From: Candidatus Poribacteria bacterium
Lineage (GTDB): Bacteria > Poribacteria > WGA-4E > WGA-3G
NCBI GenBank assembly: GCA_965197475.1
Contig: CBDANF010000002.1
Coordinates: forward strand, 1,344,001-1,408,000
Length of the DNA stretch: 64,000 bases
Direction: 5' to 3'
Numbering within the stretch: the stretch's first letter is position 1; each line of letters opens with the position of its first letter. The translations under genes and the position numbers were made by a program. This document shows positions 21,485 through 31,620 of the stretch, piece by piece. Under the pieces are notes generated by a model. That model ran no database searches. It saw nothing but the letters and a program-made list of their open reading frames with translations, and was not told the DNA's origin.

Positions 21485-21577
21485 TAATACCAAATTAACT
21501 TGATCTTACTCGGTAGGCGCGCTTGTAAGCGTGCCTAATACCCAGAAAAATAAGATAAATCCGGTTAATTTGATATA
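21485..21577. mobile_element. About 93-bp TA-flanked MITE (other copies at 35231-35325 and, inverted, 63330-63423)
   Basis: Ends taccaaattaac / gttaatttg(a/g)ta; internal gtaggcgcgc...gcgtgccta hairpin; three similar copies in the window. Confidence 0.8.
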
Positions 21578-21590
21578 AGGAGTAAATCAG

Positions 21591-22358
21591 ATGATTAGAC
21601 CAGGAACTTTATCTACCATCTTGTGCGTTATCCTCATCTTTTCAGCGAGAGGAGATTTTCTTCCAGAGGAAAACATTGACGCGTTTGGACTAAAATATGG
21701 AGAATCAATTGCAGGCATACCACCGAGTAAACCCAAAATTGATGGTAAACTTGACGATTGGCGGTACGCTGTCTGGGTCGCCTTCGACTCAGAAAAGGAA
21801 CTATATCGTGGTAAAGGAGCATGGCAAGGGAAAGATGACCTTACGATGACATGGTCAACGATGTATGATGCAAAGAATTTTTATTTTGCAGCAGCAGTAC
21901 GCGATGATGCCTTTACTCCAGCGGCGAATCCTGCTGATGCGTGGAAAGGCGATACGATTTTCTTGTATATTGATTGGGAAAAAGTGGGAGCCGGATCGCC
22001 TTCAGGTAAGCCCAACTTTGCACTTATCAATAATAAAACCCATATTATTGACTACAGTGCTGAGAAAAATGAAGATCTACCTAACTCCGATATTGCTATT
22101 GTTCCAACACCTGAATTGGGAAAGGGCGGCATGATTTACGAAGTCGCCATGCCGTTTGAGTGGCTCACAAAAATGAAAATAGAGCGAGGAGCCGTAGTCG
22201 GGTTTACGCCCGGATATGAGGAAGGTACTGACGATCTTGAAAAGAAAGGAGGCATGGTGTTCATGTGTTGGGACGGAACGTTTGAGGGTCCGCTTGATGT
22301 CAATTCAACGAGCAAGTTAGCAATCACATGGGGACAATTGAAAAGATTTGTGCAATAA
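21591..22358 (+). CDS. Secreted CBM9/DOMON-like sugar-binding domain protein with C-terminal KLAITWGQLK motif
   Basis: Signal peptide; 'IDGKLDDW', 'YDAKNFYFAAAVRDD', 'YEVAMPF'; terminal 'VNSTSKLAITWGQLK'. Confidence 0.78.
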   Translation: MIRPGTLSTILCVILIFSARGDFLPEENIDAFGLKYGESIAGIPPSKPKIDGKLDDWRYAVWVAFDSEKELYRGKGAWQGKDDLTMTWSTMYDAKNFYFAAAVRDDAFTPAANPADAWKGDTIFLYIDWEKVGAGSPSGKPNFALINNKTHIIDYSAEKNEDLPNSDIAIVPTPELGKGGMIYEVAMPFEWLTKMKIERGAVVGFTPGYEEGTDDLEKKGGMVFMCWDGTFEGPLDVNSTSKLAITWGQLKRFVQ

Positions 22359-22374
22359 AACAATGTATTCTTTT

Positions 22375-22497
22375 CAGGACTTACGCAATGTGTTTAAAAG
22401 TCCCACTGATAAGGGGGATTTAGGGGGTTAAAAGCACCAAATTCTGCCTATTTAACCCCCCTAACCTCCCTTATCAAGGGGGAATGCGTCCGTCCTG
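22375..22497. mobile_element. 123-bp MITE, copy 2
   Basis: Near-identical to 13766-13888; 5-bp direct repeat ctttt; right TIR has two mismatches. Confidence 0.9.
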
Positions 22498-22677
22498 CTT
22501 TTAACCATCCACGTAGATTTCGCAATGCATAAACAGGAATTCGGACACACCATCACTGTAAAAAATTCGTTTGACATTTTTTATAAATTAGTAGTAAACT
22601 ATTTATGTGGTAGGTACCCTCAGTGGATTCTTGTAAACAGTATTTGGCACACTCTGTATGTTGCTACCTTTTACATA

Positions 22678-23574
22678 ATGTCTGAAAAAACGCGGAAGCA
22701 AGAAGAACTTTTTATACAACTGCTTGAAAAAGCCGATAGTTTGTTAACCCGGTTGCAAATGCCTGTGGTTCAACCACCAAGTAAGGTGCTTGACGATTAC
22801 ATAGCCTTTCGGTGGCGACAACAAAATGGAACCGGACAGATTGTGCCAGTTAAACATCCACATCTTGTTGATACTACAGATTTAATTGGAATAGACGTAC
22901 AGTGTGAAGTGTTGGATAGAAACACTCGGCAGTTTTTGCGTAGCGCGCCAGCAAACCACGCGCTTTTGTGGGGAGACCGTGGAACCGGAAAATCTTCTCT
23001 GGTTAAAGCGATGTTGAAAAGGTATGCTGACGATGGTCTTCGGTTAATCGGTATCGGTAAAGAGGGACTTGTCCATTTACAAGAGATTGCGGAATTGTTG
23101 TGGGAACGCCCCGAACGTTATCTTCTTTTTTGTGATGACCTCGCTTTTAGCGAAAACGAACCTGAATATCGTGAATTGAAGGCAGTGCTGGAAGGTGGGA
23201 TTTCCGAATGCCCAGACAATATTCTTATCTACGCAACCTCTAATCGTCGGCACCTGATGCCTCGACAGGTAGGTGAGAACCGTTACCCACAGAACGAAGA
23301 AGATGAACTCTGTCCACGTGAGGCAACAGAAGAAAAAGTATCACTAAGCGACCGTTTTGGGTTACGACTCGCTTTCTACCGTATTTCACAGAACACCTAT
23401 TTGGAAATCGTTTCCCATTACGCTCAAAAATTGGGACTTACTATACCGGCCGAGGAATTACATCGTGCAGCGTTGGAGTGGGAAGCATCATCCAGCGGAC
23501 GTTCCGGCCGAGTTGCCTATCAGTTCATCATACACCTTGCCGGACAATTAGCACTGACTGATACAACATTGTAG
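22678..23574 (+). CDS. DUF815 family AAA+ ATPase
   Basis: 'PANHALLWGDRGTGKSSLVKA', 'LFCDDLAF', 'YATSNRRHLMP', 'EEKVSLSDRFGL', 'RSGRVA'. Start moved to ATG 22678. Confidence 0.9.
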   Translation: MSEKTRKQEELFIQLLEKADSLLTRLQMPVVQPPSKVLDDYIAFRWRQQNGTGQIVPVKHPHLVDTTDLIGIDVQCEVLDRNTRQFLRSAPANHALLWGDRGTGKSSLVKAMLKRYADDGLRLIGIGKEGLVHLQEIAELLWERPERYLLFCDDLAFSENEPEYRELKAVLEGGISECPDNILIYATSNRRHLMPRQVGENRYPQNEEDELCPREATEEKVSLSDRFGLRLAFYRISQNTYLEIVSHYAQKLGLTIPAEELHRAALEWEASSSGRSGRVAYQFIIHLAGQLALTDTTL

Positions 23575-23624
23575 AATCCTCACACGCAGGTTCACTATAT
23601 TCTATAAAACAGGAACGTAAGTTC

Positions 23625-24401
23625 ATGGGCGACCTACAGACACAGCAATACCTCTTCGACGTGCAAGGCTACTTAGTCATTGAAGAAGTCTTGGATTCTG
23701 AAGAGGTCGCTGAACTCAATCAACGAATTGACGAGCAAGAACTCCCTACACCGGGAAAGGTTCAAAGATTCGGGAGTGCACCGGACGGTGCTGGCTTTTT
23801 ACAGTGGGGAAAATTGTTTTGTAATTTATTGGATCATCCGAAGATAATGGAGGTTCTTCGCTTCCGATTAGGCGACTGTTTTCGCCTTGACCGAATTTAC
23901 GGCATGTATATGCATGAGGGGATGCCGAGGGGCGGGCTCCATGCTGACTACGGTGCCTCATCACCGACCTCAAAAGCAAAGCATGGAGAATATTACGCAT
24001 TTCGAGATAACGAAATCCCTAACGGATTTGTTGTGGTAACATGGAATTTGGCAGATACCGGTCCAGAACTTGGCGGTTTTTGCTGTATTCCCGGTAGCCA
24101 TAAGAGCAATTATAAACTACCACATGAGATAGCCTCCGCACCTGAAAATGCACCTTGTGTTACTATTCCAAACGCACCTGCAGGCTCAGCGATTCTCTTT
24201 TCCGAAGCACTAACACACGGCACCGCTGCCTGGAACGGAAAACATGAACGGAGGTCGCTTTTGTATAAATATTGTGTGTCACACATGGCGTGGACATCTC
24301 GACGTGTAGCACAACCGGAGGATATAGAATTAACAGAACGTCAAAAGATTCTCTTCCGTGAACCTGCAGATCCGTATCGGCATTTTCCATCGTTGTTTTG
24401 A
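23625..24401 (+). CDS. Phytanoyl-CoA dioxygenase family protein
   Basis: 'FDVQGYLVIE', 'LHAD', 'GGFCCIPGSHK', 'EALTHGT'. Confidence 0.88.
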   Translation: MGDLQTQQYLFDVQGYLVIEEVLDSEEVAELNQRIDEQELPTPGKVQRFGSAPDGAGFLQWGKLFCNLLDHPKIMEVLRFRLGDCFRLDRIYGMYMHEGMPRGGLHADYGASSPTSKAKHGEYYAFRDNEIPNGFVVVTWNLADTGPELGGFCCIPGSHKSNYKLPHEIASAPENAPCVTIPNAPAGSAILFSEALTHGTAAWNGKHERRSLLYKYCVSHMAWTSRRVAQPEDIELTERQKILFREPADPYRHFPSLF

Positions 24402-24549
24402 AGTTGAGACTTGAGCAAGCAACGGTTTTATCAATCTAACATCTGTGTTTATCGTGAATATGAAAATAATATTAAAATTACACCTACGGTGAAATCAAAT
24501 TTTGATTTATCCATTACCGTAGACATAAAAAATGAAAATGAAGGTTTTT

Positions 24550-25187
24550 ATGAACAAGCGAATCATGGTCTGTGTAACACTTATACTGTTGTTAGGCAGC
24601 ATAATTCTGATACAAACAACAAATGCTGTCCCTAAAAAGGGAACTTTGCGCGTTAGTGGCGATAACACTTGGGTCGCTTACGTAAACGGAGAAAAGGTAG
24701 CAGAAGGCGGTGACTGGACTCAACCCACTGCCAGCGAGTTCACACTGGACGATGGCTTTGCGGTCATAGCGGTCTATGTACATGATGCGGAAGCAGGAGC
24801 CGCGGGCAAAGGTGGATTTCTCGCCGATATCATCCTTGACGATAAGCCAAACTACATCGGGACAGGCGAAGATGGCTGGCGATGTGATTCTGGCATCCTT
24901 CTTGCTGATCGGAAAGATGGTTGGGAAAAAGTTAATTTTGACGATAGCGATTGGGAAACAGAACTCCAGATTTATGAAAAATTCGGGGATCCGGTAGCTA
25001 TTTGGAATGATGGTGTCAATGCGATGAAAGCGATTCTCAAAGATCCTGATTGTACAGCAAATTGGGTTTGGTGCGGTCCATACGATGTAGAAGATGATAT
25101 CTACTTCCGTTATACTATCGGTCAACTCCCGTTGAACCTAACGGAAAAATCACAACTACGTGGGGTGCTTTAAAGGCTGCACGGTAA
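24550..25187 (+). CDS. Secreted beta-sandwich (lectin-like) protein; C-terminal motif displaced by a 1-nt frameshift
   Basis: Signal peptide; 'SGDN..VAYVNG', 'FDDSDW'; the alternative frame after about 25123 reads VEPNGKITTTWGALKAAR* (stop 25185-25187). Confidence 0.7.
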
Positions 25188-25193
25188 AATTAT

Positions 25194-25230
25194 GTATTTA
25201 GGGAACGGTTTTGTGCCGTTCCCTAAATAC
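25194..25230. terminator. Perfect hairpin between convergent genes
   Basis: gtatttagggaacgg-loop-ccgttccctaaatac (15-bp stem). Confidence 0.7.
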
Positions 25231-25261
25231 AATACTTCAACAACGCCTGTTTTCCCATCTG

Positions 25262-26548
25262 TTATTGTGATTGAATAGCTTGTGCAATCGCTCGGAAAAC
25301 AGTATCAATATCGGATTCTTCAACACATGAATACGCCACTCGCAATTCCGTATCGCTAAGCGCGATTGTGCCAATGCCGTGTTCATTGAGAAGCATTTGA
25401 CGAACTGTCTCTGCATTTCCCGATTTAAGAGAGAGGCATGTGAAATAACCCGCATGGCTTGGGTAAACTTCCCAAAGATTCGCATATCGCGTATCAGTGG
25501 TAACCTGTTTTACCTTCAATGCTCGTGCCTTAAGTATTTCGTAGTTGTGTTGTTTTTGCTCAGCATAATTCGGTGCCTTCATCGTTTCAAGAATAAGCGT
25601 TTGGGAAATCTGTGCGGCACCAGAGGTGTTAGCGCGAATTAGTCCGCTCAACTTACCCTCAATATCCCGCATCACATTTTCTGGAAGTCCGAAAGTTAGA
25701 AACCCTACACGCAACCCCCACGCATATTCCTCTTTGGTTGCGCCGTCAATCTTTACGGGTATGACGTTTGGGTGGCATCCGACTAACATACCGAAAAAGG
25801 ATTCTTGCATTACTTCTGCATCATACCAAAAACCTGCGTAGGCATCGTCAACCAGGACAAGAACGCGGCATCCAGTGTCAGCACATTTCACAATTGCGTC
25901 CATAGTATGTTGTGCTTCAGCACAAGTAATAGCGTATCCGGTCGGATTATGTGGAAAATTCAGGAGAATCAACAACTTATCGGGAGTCGTCTCAGAGAGT
26001 GTCTCGCTAAATCCGCTGATGTTAAAACGCTTATCAGTGTTGAAGAACGGGTAGGTTTGGATAGTCGCACCCGCTTTAGTCTGAAAGATGAGTCGATAAT
26101 TTCCCCAAATTTTGTCTGGGAGAATGAGCGTATCACCTGTATTGACAAACAGATCTGCCAGAAGACTAAAACCGTGGGTCATGCCACTTGTCACAATCGA
26201 CAGACTAAACGTTGCATCCGAAAGTAATGGATTTTCTGCCCGGAGATGCGCTTGCCACATTTGCCGCAATTCTGGATTACCGAGTATCGGTGGGTAACTG
26301 TAAATACTTTCTGGTGAAAGTTCAGGGACCAATTGGTGTGAAACGTCTAAGTGCATTATATGGCTATCTTCCAAAGCAACTGCGCGTGTCGCATTAAAAC
26401 GATTCGCTTTTACATTTGCTTCTGCGCTTTGGCTTAAGATACCTTTTGGCAGGTAGATACGTTTTCCTAAATCGGAGAGTAACGCGTAAACCGTTGGTGA
26501 GGCATTGCGAATTTTTTCATTCAATTCAATTGCTAAAGGCAGGATCAT
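25262..26548 (-). CDS. PLP-dependent aminotransferase class I/II
   Basis: 'NFPHNPTGY', 'VDDAY', PLP lysine 'DGATKE', 'WGLRVGF'. Confidence 0.9.
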   Translation of the reverse strand: MILPLAIELNEKIRNASPTVYALLSDLGKRIYLPKGILSQSAEANVKANRFNATRAVALEDSHIMHLDVSHQLVPELSPESIYSYPPILGNPELRQMWQAHLRAENPLLSDATFSLSIVTSGMTHGFSLLADLFVNTGDTLILPDKIWGNYRLIFQTKAGATIQTYPFFNTDKRFNISGFSETLSETTPDKLLILLNFPHNPTGYAITCAEAQHTMDAIVKCADTGCRVLVLVDDAYAGFWYDAEVMQESFFGMLVGCHPNVIPVKIDGATKEEYAWGLRVGFLTFGLPENVMRDIEGKLSGLIRANTSGAAQISQTLILETMKAPNYAEQKQHNYEILKARALKVKQVTTDTRYANLWEVYPSHAGYFTCLSLKSGNAETVRQMLLNEHGIGTIALSDTELRVAYSCVEESDIDTVFRAIAQAIQSQ

Positions 26549-26696
26549 TTAGTTTTCGACTTTTCTTGGGAAATTTATCACAAGTGTTAATATTTTACGA
26601 TATACAGATGTAGCATGATTTTTCACGCTACATCTGCTATACTTCACCTTAAAAAACAAACTCTTTTGAGGTGAAACAAGACACTTCTCTTGCCAC

Positions 26697-27196
26697 TTGA
26701 TTAATATGTTAGCAGAAGTGCCAGATCCATGCAATAAAAAAGGTAAACGACATTCGTTGAAGTCAATCCTTGCGCTTGTCGTCATCGGTTTGATGTGCGG
26801 TCATAAAGGTTGGACTTCCATCGCAACTTGGGCGCGCTCTCAACCTACACTCGCAAAGATATGTGCACGGGTGAGGAAACACACAAGGTTCAATATGGTA
26901 GGACAAGTCTTGATCCGACAGAAACATCCGCTGAACGCTTACTCACTGGATGGCGCGGACATTGGGCAATAGAGAACAAATCGCACTGGGTGCGCGATGT
27001 TGTGTTTGGAGAAGATACCTCTCCTGTCCGATGTGGTGCCATTCCACAGGTGATGGCAGCATTGTGAAGGACAGCAATATCGGTATTGCAGTTCGCAAGA
27101 TATACTGCTATCTCTGAGACAATCCGATATTTCACTTCAAGACCTAAACTTTCAGTTAAACTCATAAACTGAATATTCTTAAACTAAATAGCCCTG
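26697..27196 (+). pseudogene. ISAs1 family transposase remnant (internally deleted)
   Basis: N-terminal 'VPDP...GKRHSL' joined to C-terminal 'RGHWAIENKSHWVRDVVFGED'; internal stop; ends tagccctg. Confidence 0.85.
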
Positions 27197-27260
27197 ACAC
27201 CTTTTCCCGCAAAAAATGTAAAGATGTGATAAAATAGGTATAAAGTGAGGATATAGCACA

Positions 27261-28055
27261 ATGAAAAACCGCATTCTGATTGGCTGCCTATTGTTCTTAT
27301 CTGTACTCAGTGTAGTCTTTCAATATCACTTCCGTGTTGAAGCAGATTCACGGGCAGAGCAGGACGCGACTGATACCCCTTTTTCACATGACCTATTTAA
27401 TCAAGTATTGCAAGAATACGTTGATAAGGGAAAAGTTGATTACGCCAAACTGAAAGCAAACCCTAAAAAATTTGAAACGTATTTGAATCTCTTAGCGGTT
27501 GCAAAACCAGCGGAAATGTCTTACAACGCGCAATTGGTTTTTTGGATTAATACATACAATGCCCTTGTCATTAAAGGCGTTATTGACCACTATCCTACAA
27601 AGAGTGTGCGAAAAGTAAAAGCGTTCGGAGGTTTTTTTTCTCGACTCAAGTTTCAGATAGCAGGGGAAACATATTCCCTTAATCAAATTGAACACGACAT
27701 AATCCGTACAGAATTTGTTGATCCACGTGTCCATTTTGCGCTCGTGTGCGCGTCAATAGGTTGCCCACCTTTGGAAAACAATGTTTATTTGCCTGAAACA
27801 ATTGAGGAACAATTAGACGCTGTCACTCTCAAATTTGTTACTAATCCAGAGAAGGTCCGGTTAGACCGACCAAAACGCCGAGTCTATCTCTCAAAAATCT
27901 TCAAATGGTATAAGAAAGATTTTACGGAAGGCTACGATGGGGTATCAGATTTTCTCGCAGATTACTTGCCATCAGAAGACGCAGACTTTGTGTTAGCGAA
28001 AGATGTTAAGTTTCACTATTTAGACTACGATTGGACACTGAACGATAAAAAATGA
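27261..28055 (+). CDS. DUF547 domain protein (exported)
   Basis: 'FWINTYNA', 'SLNQIEH', 'DPRVHFALVCASIGCPPL', 'LSKIFKWY..DF', 'YDWTLN'. Confidence 0.9.
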   Translation: MKNRILIGCLLFLSVLSVVFQYHFRVEADSRAEQDATDTPFSHDLFNQVLQEYVDKGKVDYAKLKANPKKFETYLNLLAVAKPAEMSYNAQLVFWINTYNALVIKGVIDHYPTKSVRKVKAFGGFFSRLKFQIAGETYSLNQIEHDIIRTEFVDPRVHFALVCASIGCPPLENNVYLPETIEEQLDAVTLKFVTNPEKVRLDRPKRRVYLSKIFKWYKKDFTEGYDGVSDFLADYLPSEDADFVLAKDVKFHYLDYDWTLNDKK

Positions 28056-28100
28056 AAAGGGGAAATGTTGGCTCTTTTCGGGAGCCGATGTTGAAATAAT

Positions 28101-29135
28101 ATGATAAATACCGCTGTTATTGGTTACGGATATGCTGGTCGTGCGTTTCACTCCTATCTTGTTGGTTTAGCAGATGGATTAAATTTATATGCGATTGCAA
28201 CTCGGAACAATGAACGCCGCGAAGCCGCACGTGAAGCATACCCGAACGCACAGATATATCAAACAATAGATGAAGTCGTTGCTGACGATAACGTTGACCT
28301 CGTTGTCTTGGCAACACCGCACGATACGCATGCTGAACTTGCTATCAAAGCGATGGATGCTGGGAAACACCTTGTTACAGATAAAATCATGGCGATGAAC
28401 ACCGCTGAGGCAGATGCGATGATTGCTGCGAGCGAACGCAATAATGTCATGCTCAGCGTTTTTCATAACCGACGATGGGATTGGGATTATCTTACCGTCA
28501 AAAAGGTCATCGCCGATGGTCTTCTTGGAACACCTTACCTTTTTCAAGTGGCAATTATGCGCTACGGTGCACCAGGGGGTTGGCGCGGCGTTAAAAGCCA
28601 AAGTGGCGGTATTCTTTACGATTGGCCCGCACACTTCGTTGATCAGGCACTGCAATTCGGAGCAGCACCCGTTGAATCTGTCTATTGTGATATTCACTAC
28701 AACACAAAATGGGACATTGATATTGGCAACTATGCTAACCTCATTATTAAGTTTCAAAACGATGTGCGGTATCAAATTGAGATTAGCAATCTTTCAAAAG
28801 CCGAGAAACCGCGTTGGTATGTTGTGGGTGACGAAGGCGGATTAATCAAATACGGCTTGGATCCGCAGGAAGGACCGATGCGTGAAGGAAACATTGATGC
28901 GGCTGAACAAGACCCCGCTAACTATGCTAAAGTCTGGACTGAAGCTGGTGGTGAAAAACGCGAACTTGTTGTTGAGAGTGTGCGCGGCACTTGGAAGTCT
29001 TACTACCAGAATATTGCGGATGTCCTGAATAAAGGCGCGGAATTGGTTGTCAAACCTGAGGAAATGCGTAAAGTCATGCAGGTGTATGATGCTGCGATGC
29101 AATCTGCAGAAACAGGCGATACCGTCCGACTGTAA
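28101..29135 (+). CDS. Gfo/Idh/MocA oxidoreductase (YdgJ/IolW-like)
   Basis: 'IGYGYAGRAFH', 'VFHNRRWDWDYLT', 'KYGLDPQE'. Confidence 0.9.
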   Translation: MINTAVIGYGYAGRAFHSYLVGLADGLNLYAIATRNNERREAAREAYPNAQIYQTIDEVVADDNVDLVVLATPHDTHAELAIKAMDAGKHLVTDKIMAMNTAEADAMIAASERNNVMLSVFHNRRWDWDYLTVKKVIADGLLGTPYLFQVAIMRYGAPGGWRGVKSQSGGILYDWPAHFVDQALQFGAAPVESVYCDIHYNTKWDIDIGNYANLIIKFQNDVRYQIEISNLSKAEKPRWYVVGDEGGLIKYGLDPQEGPMREGNIDAAEQDPANYAKVWTEAGGEKRELVVESVRGTWKSYYQNIADVLNKGAELVVKPEEMRKVMQVYDAAMQSAETGDTVRL

Positions 29136-29154
29136 CCAATTCTTTAGGTGCACT

Positions 29155-29460
29155 ATGAAATCCACGTTTTTGCATCATTTTGTCCATATTATCGTTTTTA
29201 CGCTATGTCTACCGAGCATTTATGCCCAAGATTCTATGCGATGGCACTTACCTGAAGATGCGAAAGCCGGCTTGACAAAGTTAATATCAACGAAGTAGTC
29301 TTTCGCCAGACAGAAATATACTCGCTGTGACTACAGATATCGGTATTTGGATTTATGATGCACATACACATCAAGAACTCGCGTTGTTAGGTACACATAC
29401 GAAGAATTCGTAGCATTGACTTTAGTTCTGACGGACAAACCCTTGTCTATCAGTGATGCA
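29155..29460 (+). pseudogene. Remnant of a secreted WD40-repeat protein
   Basis: Signal peptide plus 'WHLPEDAKA', then frameshifted pieces 'SPDRNILAVTTDIGIWIYDA' and 'FSSDGQTL'. Confidence 0.65.
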
Positions 29461-29558
29461 GCTGACAATATAATGTTTCAATGGTAGCATATTGTTCACT
29501 GAGAAATAATTCTATTGACATTAACGTACGCCTCAGTCAAAACATGAAAGGAAAAATT

Positions 29559-30338
29559 ATGGAAACCAGAGTGCCAATTGGTTTAGAGTTATATTCTGTC
29601 CGAAATGAGTTAGCAGCGGATGTTCGCGGCACAATAAAAGCAGTCGCAGAAATGGGATACGAAGGTGTGGAATTCGCAGGTCCTCCGCAACACTCCGCGG
29701 AGGAGTTGAAAGGTTACCTTAACGAATTTGGCTTGGTTTGTTGTGGATGGCATACGCCGTTCAACCTGGTTCAAGAGGACACCCTTGCTGATACGATTGA
29801 ATTCAACAAAGTCCTTGAAAATCGTTATGTTATCATTCCGGGTATTCCTGGGGAACTGCGTCAATCTCGGGCAGATTGGTTGAAATTGGCGGATTTTTTC
29901 AATGACCTCGCCGACAAACTTGCACCACACGGCATGGTGACCGGCTATCATAACCACCACGTCGAATTTTCACCACTTGATGGCGAAATTCAGTGGGATA
30001 CTTTCTTCGGAAATACAAACAAGGGCGTTGTGATGCAACTAGATATGGGGAACGCTCTTAATGGCGGTGCTGATCTCGTTGAAATTTTAGAGAAATATCC
30101 TGGTCGGTCAGGAACAGTGCATCTCAAGCCTTATACCCTATTAGATGACGCGGCGGATGGACACGCTGGCTTCCGTCCTATTATCGGCGAAGATAGCGTG
30201 CCGTGGAACGAGATTTTCCGAGTCTGCGAGACAAGCGGAGGCACGAAATGGTATATCGTTGAATACGAAAGCGATGCCTTCCCGCCGCTTGAAGCAGTGG
30301 AACGCTGTCTGAAAGCATTAAAAGGAATGGGCAAGTAA
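29559..30338 (+). CDS. Sugar phosphate isomerase/epimerase (AP endonuclease 2 / IolE-like TIM barrel)
   Basis: 'LYSVR', 'GYEGVEFAG', 'GYHNHHVEF', 'QLDMG', 'HLK', 'IVEYE'. Start moved to ATG 29559. Confidence 0.88.
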   Translation: METRVPIGLELYSVRNELAADVRGTIKAVAEMGYEGVEFAGPPQHSAEELKGYLNEFGLVCCGWHTPFNLVQEDTLADTIEFNKVLENRYVIIPGIPGELRQSRADWLKLADFFNDLADKLAPHGMVTGYHNHHVEFSPLDGEIQWDTFFGNTNKGVVMQLDMGNALNGGADLVEILEKYPGRSGTVHLKPYTLLDDAADGHAGFRPIIGEDSVPWNEIFRVCETSGGTKWYIVEYESDAFPPLEAVERCLKALKGMGK

Positions 30339-30356
30339 TTTTTTCACCAAAAACTT

Positions 30357-30392
30357 AGCTTGCAAGCAAACTTTTTTGGATGCTTGCAAGCT
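30357..30392. terminator. Hairpin between convergent genes
   Basis: agcttgcaagca...tgcttgcaagct. Confidence 0.55.
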
Positions 30393-30422
30393 TCACTTTG
30401 ATAAGTCTTTATCTTATCTGAA

Positions 30423-31481
30423 CTAATGCAAATCTACCAGTTGCGGCATCACTTCATTCTTGAGAAGTTCCATTGAATGCCTCCACTGCTCCTTAGGTTC
30501 CCATTCGTGCCCCATCGCAAGCAAAACACCGAACCCTCCGACATCTTCATAGAGTTGACGCAAGCGATTTGCAACGCGGTCAGGACTACCCACAATCCAC
30601 AGTGTATCCAATAAGTACTCCAGACATGTTTCTACGTCGGGAATGTCCGGGTTCATCTTGAATTTCTCCCATCCGAAGAGCCTAAACCAATAATCCCTAA
30701 AATCGCGTCCGAGCGTTCCTTCAATTGCTTCTTTTCGTGCTTGTTCATCGGTATCGGCAACGTAAACTTCGCGGGCAATACGCCAAGTAGAACGTGACAG
30801 CGAGAGACCTGTCTTTGCCGCACCCTCTTCAACAGCATCCCAATGCGTCTTAATTACATGGACAGGTGCAAGATTGATGCTCATCGGAATCCAACCGCGC
30901 TCACCAGCAAGAATAAGTGTATCGGATTTCATTGACGACCCTGCCAACGCAATCGGGGGGTGCGGTTTCTGATACGGTTTCATGTGAATACTCACAATGT
31001 CCGGATTGCCGCCGGGGATTTTAAATTCCCAAAAATCGCTTTTATAATGACCGGGTTCTGGGTCTTCCCAAATCTTGAGGACAGCATCAATTCCTTCGCG
31101 GGTTGCCCTCCGCCTGTCTCCACCTGCCATGAACATCTCAGCATCGCTCGGTGTGGAACTTGAGCCGACACCCCAATGAAAACGTCCGTGTGCAAGATGG
31201 TCTAACTGCGCGATGCGATGCGCGACAACAGCAGGATTGTGTATCGGCATACACGTTATTCCAGTCCCAAAGATAATATTCTCCGTCATCGCGACCGCTT
31301 TGGCTATAAAGAGGTCAGGAGCGGGGATATTTTCCCATGTAAACGTAAAATGTTCGCCGATATAAGCTTCTTTGTAACCTAACTTGTCTAACGTCACCAC
31401 CTGTTCAAGATCATCGTCTAACGTTTTTGTCGTGTCACTCCCGGGTGGATGCAAAGGCATTGTGAAAAAACCGAGTTCCAT
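30423..31481 (-). CDS. LLM class flavin-dependent oxidoreductase (luciferase-like monooxygenase)
   Basis: 'GYKEAYIGEHF', 'HNPAVVAHRIAQLDHL', 'PYQKPHPPI', 'GGFGVLL'. Confidence 0.9.
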   Translation of the reverse strand: MELGFFTMPLHPPGSDTTKTLDDDLEQVVTLDKLGYKEAYIGEHFTFTWENIPAPDLFIAKAVAMTENIIFGTGITCMPIHNPAVVAHRIAQLDHLAHGRFHWGVGSSSTPSDAEMFMAGGDRRRATREGIDAVLKIWEDPEPGHYKSDFWEFKIPGGNPDIVSIHMKPYQKPHPPIALAGSSMKSDTLILAGERGWIPMSINLAPVHVIKTHWDAVEEGAAKTGLSLSRSTWRIAREVYVADTDEQARKEAIEGTLGRDFRDYWFRLFGWEKFKMNPDIPDVETCLEYLLDTLWIVGSPDRVANRLRQLYEDVGGFGVLLAMGHEWEPKEQWRHSMELLKNEVMPQLVDLH

Positions 31482-31620
31482 AGAAAACTCCTTTTTGTAT
31501 ATAAACGAATGGAGTAGGAATAAGATTCTTGTCTATGACTCCTTATGTTATGGACTGTGTTTGTCAACACGCTATGTGTTGTCTATTGAAGACAATTCAA
31601 GGATATGTATTAATAATTTG

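Noticed and set aside
22525-22677. N-terminal extension of the DUF815 ATPase
   Set aside because: AT-rich, contains a promoter-like TTGACA; ATG 22678 is the more plausible start.
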